NCBI GenBank assembly: GCA_965153455.1
Contig: OZ234493.1
Location: 5,456,001 to 5,520,000, forward strand
DNA from: Sphagnum compactum
Taxonomy: Eukaryota
Direction: 5' to 3'
DNA: 64,000 nt
Part shown: positions 53,316-64,000 of the stretch, piece by piece
Numbering within the stretch: the first letter of the stretch is position 1
Layout: every line of letters begins with the position of its first letter
Translations under genes and position numbers: made by a program
The notes under the pieces: generated by a model
What the model was told of the DNA's origin: nothing
Database searches by the model: none
The model's input: the letters and a program-made list of their open reading frames with translations, nothing else

Positions 53316-53980
53316 TCTTATATATTAATTCACTTGGTCTGTCAGTGTGTCTATCTGAACCTGTCCATTCCGACCCGTTAACAGTCTTTGCGAGGCTGAT
53401 TCTGCAACCCCCCAGATGACAGAAACGAGGTCCCGAAATGAGCCACACCTGGCCTGAAATGTTCCAACGCCAGGTGCGGGTCATGGTGGCGGAGAGACAC
53501 ACGCTCGCTGGATCCTCCGTCTCCCCGCACCAGCCATCGATCACTTGTCTATCTGTGACAGGGCTTGGGAAGGGGGTTTAGCAGAAACGGCCGGTCGGCC
53601 TCTAAATATACCCAGATGGGGAAAACATAGTTTATTTCGACCAATTGACGTAGCTGACAGAAATGAGGTCTCGAGATGAGCCGCAATTGGTCTGAAATGT
53701 TCCAACGTTAGGTGCGGGTCGTGGTGGCAGTAAAGTGACCATGCAAGAAACTTTTTTTTTTCCCCTCCTGGAAATGTGGCGATTTATTTTTTTTTTGAAA
53801 TTTTTCCAAAATGCTCGCTTCACCATGTATGTTTTCATGGGGGACTTTTCAATGAATTTTTGTCACAAAAAATAAATAAAATAAAAATAAAAATAGTTGC
53901 TTTGCGCCTTTGTGTGTGTCTCTCTTGATTTAAAGAAACCGGGGGATTTCACATGTCCAAAGGTCACAGGTACCCACTAG
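53316..53980 (+). mobile_element. Non-autonomous Helitron-like element with an internal ~72-bp direct repeat
   Basis: Starts A|TCTTATATATTAATTCAC, a 5' end shared with the 55036-55351 element. Ends ...CACAGGTACCCACTAG|T with a degenerate hairpin (TGTCC-AAA-GGTCA). The GC-rich interior has direct repeats at ~53418-53490 and ~53657-53728. Confidence 0.6.
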
Positions 53981-55035
53981 TAAACATAAAGGATAAATTA
54001 TACCAAACCCATGAATCACTTGTTCATGGAACAAATCCACCATAAGGATACAATTGTGCATAGATAAATGAAAGGTTATGTTGTGAATGAAAGAAAAAAA
54101 AATAATGGAATTTTCTATAAATTAAATGAAAAAAGAATGAATAGAATGATGTTATGAAAAGAATTCATCACAAATGTAAGTGACCATATGGATAAGACTT
54201 GAAGATGAATGAACCAATGTTCATGGATCAAATTGATCATGCACATTCAATTCGTGATATGGGGTGGAATGAATCCCATGGATGAAAATGAACTTCAAAA
54301 ATGAAATTCACCACAAAGGTAAAACTCCCCTAGAAGTCACTCTCTTTATATTTTATGAAACATGTGAAATAAAGCCAGTTTTTTGATATTTTATGAAATA
54401 AAAAATAATTTTTAAGTTGAAAATATTTTATGTTTAATTTTTAAATATTTTCATAATAAATTTTCAGCACTTACATTTAAATAAAATTTAAAAATAAAAC
54501 ATAAAACCCTAAATCTTAAACTTCCCTTGGGTAAAACTAACAAATATAGATGAAATTTATGACATAAATGAACCATACAAATAATAATATCCACAAACTC
54601 AAAATCAATGCAAGGTACATGGATGGAATTGAAAAATATGGATGAAATCACATTCATGGATGAAAATGACCATCATGTACATTTATCTATCTATTGATGT
54701 GAGACTCACATATGAAGCTCCCTCCCTCCCCTATAAACCTCCTTCCTTCCCTACTAGGGAGCCCTACATACTTACCTTCTCGAGTAATGTATATAGTTAA
54801 AATAATGATGTATGTGTATGAGGTTTACATATATACCTATCTCCCTTTACAAATCCATTTAGATATTGAAAGGCACATTTGATGGAGATGTAAGTTTCCA
54901 TGTTCATATGGTTCGTATAATGGGAACCAAAAAATGTAATTTAAGTTTCAGGCATATGAAGAGTAGCTAGGGGGGTGCAGGGTAGAATGTAGGAGCAAAG
55001 AGGTAGGAGGGAGGAAGTAGGAAAGTGTAATTCCA

Positions 55036-55351
55036 CTAGTGTGAACCCGGTGCATAATGCACCCGTCGAGTTCCCCCTCGCTCGATCCTTCCCATTGCCC
55101 ACTCCGGTTTTTTATCTTGTCGACTTCCTTTCGTCCTTCGCATTTTTCACTCCGATTTTTTAATTCGTTAATTTTCCCCTCCCCCCCCTCCCCATTCCCC
55201 TATTATATATAACTAACTTCCTGCCCCATGCTCCCCCCCCCCCTCCCCCCCCGCGTTACCAAGCCCTGTCACCCGCTGCTTCACCGGCCTCTCCCTCCCC
55301 CACCCCCCAAAACCCCCGTCACAAACAAACTTACTGAATTAATATATATGA
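55036..55351 (-). mobile_element. Small non-autonomous Helitron (316 bp)
   Basis: On the minus strand it starts A|TCATATATATTAATTCAG. It ends with a GC-rich hairpin GGTGCA-TTA-TGCACC about 9 nt before CTAG|T. It is inserted between A and T with no target-site duplication. Confidence 0.75.
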
Positions 55352-55637
55352 TTGGTGCCCTGGTTCACTGAGGCCTGATGATTCAAGGCACAACCACATG
55401 ATCCAGTTCAAACCATGCCAACTATTCACAAAAGTAGTTGCAACTGCACACACGAGAAAACATGCATCTTCATTCATATTTTTACACCTACATGTGGATT
55501 ATGTGACCCAACATCCATCCACCCGTACACCATGTCTTGAAAACTCACTATGACTTTAGTTGTAGATGAACTACAACTGAGTTACCAAGGTTACGAAGTT
55601 TCATTTGGCAACCCTCCTACTTCCACCTCACATTAAG

Positions 55638-55838
55638 TAGGTAGTTAGCTATGTACATGGGGAAGTATCATAGGCACTTGTAGGTAGAGAATGCAAGTGC
55701 TTACTTAGGTAGTTAGCTATGTAAGTGTGGGAAATATCATAGGTAAGTAAGTAGAAAATGTAAGTGCTTACTTAGGTAGTTAGCTGTGTACGGGGGGAAT
55801 TATCATAGGTAAGTAGGTAGAGAATGGAAGCGCTTACT
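55638..55838. repeat. Tandem repeat, 3 x ~67-68 bp
   Basis: TAGGTAGTTAGCT.TGTA...TATCATAGG...GTAG..AATG.AAG.GCTTACT units start at 55638, 55706 and 55773. Confidence 0.9.
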
Positions 55839-57074
55839 ATCTGAGCACCTCTGTAGGTAATGCATTTGGTGATAACTATGTATGTAGATACATGTGGATG
55901 GTTCGTAGTTAGTACATAGCTAACCACCATGATTCTCATCTCATGTTCAAAGGCATTTTGAAGACTGAAAACTCTTATATTCTTATTGCTCTTGCTTCTC
56001 CAAAGTTAACAAGAGTCCCTTTTAAGGCACTTGATGGCTACTAATTAAGTACGTAGATACCAAATACATGCAAAATGGTCAGTACCGATGTTGTGTGGTC
56101 ATTTGAATTTATAAAGACACATCAATTACAGTTTTTGTAATATTTCAGAATCAGAGAGCTGTCAGTTTTGAGTTTTTATAATAGAAAAATCAGAATCAAA
56201 GAACCATGGGTTCTCTGGTTTATTCAAAAACTATAATGAATGACGGGCTTTTCATGCAAGAATTGACAACAAACTCTCAGTGTTATGGGTGGTTATTTGG
56301 TTCTTCCCAGTTTTTGAGAACCGTGATTACACATCAGAACAGGTGCTTTGATTGTTTTTGAACAGTGGCTATGAACCCTAAGAACTGTCCTGATACTCAT
56401 CAGGGGTCTGTTCCAGTGTTGGGTGGGTATTTGATTTTTGAATAACTACTGGTGGTTCTGAGTATTTGAACATTCAGAACCAAAGAACCACCAGTTGCAG
56501 TTATTTCAAACCCCTCAAAGAATCACCAGATTTCATGAACAAACTGACAGTTTTCTCTGGGCGGTTATTTGAGTTGTTCCCTCCAAATTTTGAGAACCAC
56601 GGTTATATCAGAACATGGTCTTCTATTTTTTGAGAACCACAGTCGTCTGTCATAATTGAGTTTTTGAATTTTGATGAACAACCCTGATACCTGGAGGGGT
56701 GCAGTTTCTAATAACCGCCAAACAGTGGTTAGTGTGCAGCTGACCACCATGGTTAGCTATTGGACAGGAATACAACGAACAAGTGTTTTCTGTCCACCTA
56801 CCATCCATCTCTGTGTGGTGTGCTGGTGGGTGTTGGTGCACTCTGGCCGGCCCTTCAGACGCCACCAAACAGGACAGAGTGTTTAAGTCGTTACCCATGC
56901 CCCAGCAGCGCAGTCGTTGTTGGCACAGAGTTGTTGCTTTTGTAGTTGTTGTTGTCAGGAATTGGGGTCAGAGTTGAAGGGGTTTCATGAGCGCAGTTTC
57001 ACAAAGAGTTGTTGAAGTTGCGGACTTCATCGGTACAACAGTAGTCGGAGCTGGACGATTCTCACTCCATAGCC

Positions 57075-57853
57075 ATGTCGCAGACTACCCAAATAACTCT
57101 TGCATGTTTGTTAGTGCTGTTGCTTCTCGTAAGTCTAACCCCAACTGAATTTGGTCTCTAGCATGTTCTCTGCTATGTCCCCCTTTGATGAATTGTTCAA
57201 ATGAAACACGAATTTTTCTCAGAACTCCAGCACCCACAATACACACATGAGCACAAGTTTTGTAGAGTCGAGATTTTTGGGTTGTAGACAGTCTTGCAGA
57301 GAAAAAAAATGCCAAAAGGGTCTGTTAACGCAGCACGGTGCGACCGAGGTTGCAGGTCGAATCATCATGGGCTACGAGTAGACGTGTGTCAGCAGCCGAG
57401 GAGCCTTTGCCGATCAAGTGCGACGCATCTGTCCTGGAATTAGTCCCATGCTCCGACTCCTTGTCAGGCAAGAGAGCCGTGGCTCGACCGGATCACAGAT
57501 GCTGTGTAGCATTGAAAGAGCTCATGCTCACGCCCGAGTGTCTGTGCTTTGCTGCCTCTACTGCATCCGGTTTCAACAAGAAGCAGGTGCTTAGCCTGCC
57601 TTCTGCTTGCAACATCCGGATCAAACCCGGTCAGACTTGTGATGGTAAAGTCTTCTCGCAACATGTTGTTCCACAACCTCCAGCAAATACATTCTGCATG
57701 CACATACATTGCTGTGTATTGAGCTGGTTGTCGTGATAACAAGCTCTTCTTTGTTTGCTTGCACTAACACTGTCTTGTTTGTTTTCTGGGTGTTCTAATG
57801 ATGCAGGCCTTCCTGTGCCCACAACTAAGCATTTGGCCTCGACCCCACTTTGA
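57075..57853 (+). CDS. Non-specific lipid transfer protein (8-cysteine motif), type-D-like, no GPI tail. Exons 57075-57128, 57356-57644, 57807-57853; 129 aa
   Basis: Signal peptide MSQTTQITLACLLVLLLL|VESSWA is split by a GTAAGT...TTGCAG intron. The 8-cysteine motif C..C..CC..CLC..C..C is complete (IKCDASVLELVPC...RCCVALK...ECLCF...SACNI...QTC). The second intron lies 4 nt after the last Cys codon (TGT GAT G|GTAAAG). Short tail GLPVPTTKHLASTPL*. Confidence 0.9.
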
Positions 57854-60800
57854 TCATGAAGCTTTCATTGGACAATAAAGTCCTTCATGAATAACTCAAC
57901 TCTAAATGAAGGAAAACTCAATAGCAACATAACCAAACTTTGAATCATAAAGTGGAATGAGATTTTAAATATTTTCTAAGAAAAAATACATTGGCAATTA
58001 ATGAGGAGTGAAATTCCTTTTACTCCTAATGCTAGTGATAAAACTAGTTTCAACATGTTTTTATCTTTATTTCATTGTTGCTATAATTATAAATAAAATT
58101 TTGAATAATCTTTTGCAATAAATGCTCAATGTTAATATTTGATACCCAGATTTGACAAAATTTATCCTTTTTGCTGATAACAATGTTTAGAGTTCAAATC
58201 AAGGTTCGGGAGTGAAATTAAAGGCCAAATGAGAAGGCATTTTGTAAATGATTTTAATAAAGATCAAAGTTCCCTGTCTTTGCTTCCTTAGTTATTCATA
58301 TTCTCTTATTTCCCTATATATCACTGGCTTAAGTTTGTTTGGCATGATCTCTTCATGGTTCATTCAAATGATGTGCACTTTAGTGATGATGTAGAGGATT
58401 TAGGGAAGTGACCAGAGAGAAAATCTTACATTGAACATAACAAAGACTCATTGTTGAAGGTGATCAAACATTGATGTCATGTAAGCAATGACCTAATTTT
58501 TTGGACTTAGCATGGCCGTGTGAAACTAGCAATGATTGTGGTGTACATAAAGAATCGTCAAAAAAATTCCAATGAATTTTGAGGACCATTTTAGAGCAAA
58601 GTCTGACTTGGAGCCTTCTGCTACATAGAAGAACTCACAGTAGCTTGGCAAATTACATTCCATAATTTTGAAGTTACCTCTTTTTTCTTTTTTCTTTTAT
58701 TCTCTTTCTTTCACATTTAAAGTAAGTCGAACACAAAAAAAATTTGAAGGTTTTTTATGCAAGGGAGAGGTCTATCCTTAAACCCTGAACTCTGATTTGA
58801 GGAACCTGTCACGAAGCCAGATGAGTGTTGGCCACTGAAAGTTGCGGAAGGGTCTCAAGATGACCCTTCTCTTGTATATAATGTGTCAAAAGGATTACTT
58901 GGGTTGTTAGATTAGCAAGCCATCCAGAGTGAGGAAACGTAGGGGCTTTCATGTCTTCAAGAAAGAAATCAGGAAAGCTTCCTGTCCTAGACTTCAGGTT
59001 TTCAAAGTTAGAAAATGTCCATCAAGACATAAGCCAGGAGTCCACACAAATAATAGCACACAAAAACTAAAAACAGTGGTATTCTTATTCTGTGAAAGCA
59101 CCACAACAAACTCATTCATTCTCTACCTATCAACATCCCTGACACCTTCTCAACCCACACAGCTCTAGTCCAAGCATCGGATCAATACTCACACAAACAT
59201 GCACTACATCTCCACAACTCTATGCCTTTTGTGCTAAATGATTAATAGTCCTTAAACACCAAGGAGGACCAATTTGGTCCTCCAGTCCCCCAGTACTTCT
59301 AGGTGGCAGCAATGGCTTCAAAATCTGACATAAGTGTGTTGTAGCTGCCATATGTATTTGAGTAGGACTCACCCCTGTGACTAGAGGTTCTTGTCTCTGC
59401 TTGCCTATTCTGTTGTGAGCTGCCCAACATGCTAGGAAGCTCTTGGGCAGCTCTGTGCAACACTGATGTGAAAGGCAGTGAGCAGTTTTGCTACCCAATG
59501 TTTTTAGCAGTTTGAAAACAAGAGATGAATCAAATGATGAAACGCCTTGAACTGGGACATGAGGAGAGGGGCTGGGCCTATAGAATGTGACGAAAAACAG
59601 TCAATATTTTTTTGCTTGTGTAGATGTCCCGTGTATGTGTAAGTTCGATCACTCAATTCTCCTTAATCCCAAGTCCAAATGCCCCCTTTTTTTCCCCACC
59701 AAAGTCATATGAATGCATTCTTCCTATCTTTCAAATTTTGAATTTGATGAAGAATGGTAAGGTCAAATTCTTTCAAACACTGAAAAATCTTATGACCGCC
59801 CGCAATAACACCAATTGCACAACAAAAACGGTGGGAAGTTTTCATTTCACAACCAAATTCCGAATTCTTTTTACACAAGGATTCAGGTTGAAGTTGCCTA
59901 CAACATGAACAACCTTGATTTTTAAAACACATGGATTTGACATGTCTGTTGGGCAGTTGGGTTGCTGCACCTTCCTTCATGGACACGGGACAGTTTAGGG
60001 TTTTTTGCAGTACTTCAAATTGAAGCGAGTAGGCGCTGTAAATCCATGTCACGTTCACCTAACAATACTAATAACTTGTACTAGTAAGTGATAACTTTTG
60101 AACCGGCTTCCTTTCAAACTCACCCTATGATTGTCTATTACTCAGGCCTCTCCCAGGCTCCCAACTGGTTGCCTGTTCTTCGTCTTAATTACTTGTTTAG
60201 GATACTTACTCATTTCATCTCATGGATATGCCATTCTCAGACCTCACATAAGTATCACCCGTAGTGGTTGTTTCCGTGAAGCTGTGACTTCGATTTAATG
60301 CTTTTTGTTTGCAATCTTATGCCTAGTTCTTTTACTTCATGAAGCTATGCATTGGGGCTTGCTGGAATTCTACTTCCATGCTGAAAACAACTCTGCATAC
60401 TAGTGATTCAACCACCTGAAGTTTATCTCATCTATTCTGTGGAAGAAATCTTCTAAACCCTACAGCCTGAACTCTTGAGAAGAAGGCCATCCATATTGTT
60501 TCTTGTACGGCTTGCCATCCTGAACTTATCTAAAAAACGATTCTCTTGTGGATTACAGATTCAATATTTGCAAGCTACTTTCCTAGGGTTTCATGCCATT
60601 AGACCCTGGTTAAGTTTATTTAGGCCATAAGCCATATCACACAAGAGCTATAAGTGATTGACGGCAGCATGAGATTTGACGGAACTTTAAAGATCAGTTA
60701 GGACTGCTCGAAAAACCTCTGCACAGCACATGACGGATAATAGAAGACATCAAAAGGAGACAAGAATAAGGCAGCAGAGGCTCAGTTTCGGCTATGTTTT

Positions 60801-62563
60801 ATGGTTCGATTCATGCCAAGCCTTGACCTCAATGATATTCAGTAGAGGGAGCTTTGTATCCTCATCGCCCCTGCCTGCCCCAGACCAAAACACACTCACT
60901 TCGTACCTTACACAGGTAGCAAGATAGCATCTCAGATGATATGCCACAACAGCAAGGAGAAGAGATATCAGGTGTCAGTAAAGCAGACACACGTCACGCG
61001 CTTTCGCATCGGAGGGAATCCGATTGACTGCAATTCATCATCCACTCAAAGATCTTCGATAAACAACACAACGAGAGAAATCGTCAAGACCCAAGGAGAG
61101 AACCCAAAGGCAGCGAAAGACAGCAAATACAATCTCCACTACGGGCTGAGCACGCCAAAAGACATAAATAAAATGCGTAGACATCATTCAAAGTTCAAGA
61201 AGGCCGTCACACATCCCACATGACAGTGGTGACAGTGCGAACGGATCTAACACTCAAACTGCGGGCGCGAGAGAACGAACTGATAAGGCCAGCGTTGATT
61301 TATATACGGGAGGCAGTTGCGGCTCCTAACCCTAACCACATTAGGGTTTAGAGTTTTAGGGCCATCCGTTCCTATGGATTGAGGTTCCAGAACGTTCTAA
61401 ACCTTGAAGCGTTTGTTGGCTTCTTATGACATATGTTCGGATTGTCGAGCTAACAAAGAGTTGCTCCGTTATCATGAATTCTCTATCTGTTGAAGGTTGA
61501 TGCGAGTTTATTGAAGAAACAATGACTGCAAAGGCGTATCGCCTGAAAAGCTAGTATTCGCAGGACTTCATTAGAGAAGTTATTTTCTCAAAAAAAGAAG
61601 TATAAGAAGTTCAATCAGAACCGGCAGGTGCAAGTATCAGAAACTTTGCAAGCTCAATCGCAATACAGCAGATTCAAGCTCAATGGAGAACCCTTCCTTA
61701 ACCAGAACAAAGAGAACAACATGAAGAAGCAGTTCATGGTAGAACAGTATCATCATGGGAAGCAGGATGTCCAGTGAGATGTGTTTTACAATTTGAGAAC
61801 AAAACTGAAAATATGCCTTCACTTACTTGCAGAATTCACAAAAGTGGGCACCGAAACCCACCTTCAAACTAGAGAAAACTTGCAAGAAGTTAAACTGTTA
61901 ACTCCCTTGCTACACCTACCCTCAGTATTCCAGCACCGAATGTGTACTCTATAGACCTCATCAACAAAATTGAGGTACTTCCCACAGCAAGTCAATGCAA
62001 GTAAAGGGCAAGTTACATCAGTCATCAAAGTGCAAGAGGGTTGTGGCCAAATCCAAATCTTTTGCAAATCTATGAAGGAAAAGCAGACATGAAGGTCCTA
62101 TCTGTTTGATTCTAATGAGATCAACTCATTATGGGAGGGAGCTTTACAGCAGAAATCCCCTCCATCACTTGCACAATGGACTGCATCAGATAACCTTTAA
62201 CCCAGATCTGAAGGATGCAACACAGAAGAGATACAACATGTGCAAAGATCCTTGCACATTCACCTTTTGCCTCATGAGTCAGGGTAACCAAAGCACCCAC
62301 AAACACAAGAAAGCATAGTGTACACCAACCAAATCACAACAATGTTTACAAACCAGATTTGGTGAAGATCTTGGGTATTTCAATACCTAGATAAGTGCCA
62401 AGGGGGAATTCTAAATACCAGCTGAAAAAACTAACTTATTCAGAGTGTTCCCCAAGTAGCCAGTGTATCCTATTGGAGGCAATTGACAGAATGAAAGCAA
62501 GGAAACATCCTAGAGACTCACTGCCAGCTCCAGAGGGTTTCAAGCAGTGTGAATGTGCTGTTA

Positions 62564-63593
62564 TTATAGTAAGCACATTGACAATGAGGGATTTTCAAGT
62601 TCATCCATTGCTGCTGGAACATCTCGGTTTTTATCTCTGTCCTCTCGCTTTGCACGTTGTCTTTCTGCACAAGTGAATTGAAACTTACCAGATCCAAGAA
62701 ATGCCAACTATATGTAAAATTGTGATAAAAGAAACAGTAACAAAAAGCATTACAGTTGCAAAGGATTGCAGGGATTGGACCTTACTCTTATTGAGAATTG
62801 ATTTGCGAGTGAGTTCCAGAAACTCAGCCCATTGAAAACCTTGCAGCTCTAGTTTGTCTTCCTCTGAGAGCTCAAAATTCGGCTCCCTGCCACACATGTA
62901 TGCAGCCCTGCCAGTTGCATCTCAAACTCCATCAGAGGCTTTCCCTCAAAGACTTGCCTGCTTGTTGTGCTTGCAAGGCAGAATTGACTTTCTTCTATCC
63001 AACATGTGTTATCAGCACACTTAGGTTCTGAATGTTTGCAAGCATGTAATAAACCTAGTTAATTGTCAAATCCTTCACTTATGCAAAAGCACATCTTTCT
63101 CAACTGGAATGATGTGACATCATAAACAAAGGACTCCCCTCTGGAACATCTGTGGCATTGCAAAATAATTCTCTTCTTCAAATTGGTGAGTCCACATACT
63201 ACATGCCATGCAACTCTGCCTTCAATCTACACCAACATGTTGAGAAATGTCTGAATACAGTCCCACCCAACCACTCATCCTTGGATCTTGGAAATGCTCT
63301 AAATCACTCATAAGACATATTTCTTTGCTGGCCTGACCACCCATCTTCTTCTCAACACCCTCTGGCACTTTAACCACATGGCACTCAAAGAAACAAAGCA
63401 GAGTGGATGCACCGGTCATAAAGCCGTGCTGCTTCTTCCTGGGATCCAACAGTACCAAGGTGAACCTGTTTCTTCTCCACCTTGATGGCAGCCTGCCACT
63501 TCATGTTCTTGAAGTATACCCCTCGCATGACACAAGGCTCCTGGTTGCCCTGTTGTTTTCTCCTTTGGCGCTTCCTCTTCTTCAGTTCCCTTT
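62564..63593 (-). CDS. AP2/ERF-superfamily 'Soloist' transcription factor (At4g13040/APD1-like), 5'-partial. Exons 63593(?)-63413, 62907-62786, 62664-62564
   Basis: Minus-strand translation: RELKKRKRQRRKQQGNQEPCVMRGVYFKNMKWQAAIKVEKKQVHLGTVGSQEEAARLYDR|AAYMCGREPNFELSEEDKLELQGFQWAEFLELTRKSILNK|KRQRAKREDRDKN...MCLL*. This matches the distinctive Soloist AP2 domain and has a basic NLS. Introns are GT-AG with consistent phases. Upstream exon(s) were not identified and probably lie beyond the window end. Confidence 0.9.
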
Positions 63594-64000
63594 CTGCATG
63601 CAGAGATTTTAAGGAGAGGTCAGAGGACCTGGCAAGGCTCTGTCACAGGGTCTTCCAACACTAGGGAATAGGGCCTCTTATTCATTCCAGAAGATCCTCC
63701 TGGACCAAGGACTAGAGTCTAACCCTCCTGTCCATCAAGTGGACCATTGAGGTTCCATCATTCCATTAGTGCATACTCAGGTTGAGATCCCCACCCATTG
63801 GAATTGCATGTACAAAAGCCTAACCATACTTGCATAATTTGGTGTCTAGAGTAACATTCAGCAATTAAGGACCCAAGCTGGACAAACTACCCTGAACATC
63901 CAGCAAGAAATACTGGAAAACGGTTCTGGTGGCAAGCAGAAATACCTTTTGGGAACAAATTTGGAGCATAAATCTGATTCAGAGGTTGAGCAAGTGAAGT

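Noticed and set aside
61620-62330. Several minus-strand ORFs suggesting a PPR/DYW remnant
   Set aside because: I could not assemble convincing PPR or DYW motifs; more likely the 3' UTR or downstream region of the AP2 gene.

Overview
AT-rich eukaryotic land-plant genomic DNA. The repeat landscape and gene style look bryophyte-like (Sphagnum-type moss); this is an inference, not verified. I reconstructed seven protein-coding genes by hand, six of them spliced. (1) A GPI-type GH17 beta-1,3-glucanase (+, 10324/10492-12887). (2) A gene hidden in very AT-rich DNA encoding a small Dpy-30-motif plus coiled-coil protein (+, ~18173-21527); the ORF track never assembles its motif. (3,4) Two tandem paralogous DUF1218 four-helix membrane protein genes (+, 33305-34959 and 45548-47154) whose exons show an excess of amino-acid changes. 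(5) An intronless chloroplast thioredoxin f (-, 49399-50088). (6) A type-D-like non-specific lipid transfer protein (+, 57075-57853). (7) The 3' part of an AP2/ERF 'Soloist' (At4g13040-like) transcription factor (-, 62564-63593+). Intergenic DNA holds MITEs, two small non-autonomous Helitrons, decayed hAT and Ty1/copia coding remnants, a palindromic minisatellite and microsatellites. I found no rRNA, tRNA or CRISPR array. Most short ORFs in the supplied track are spurious.
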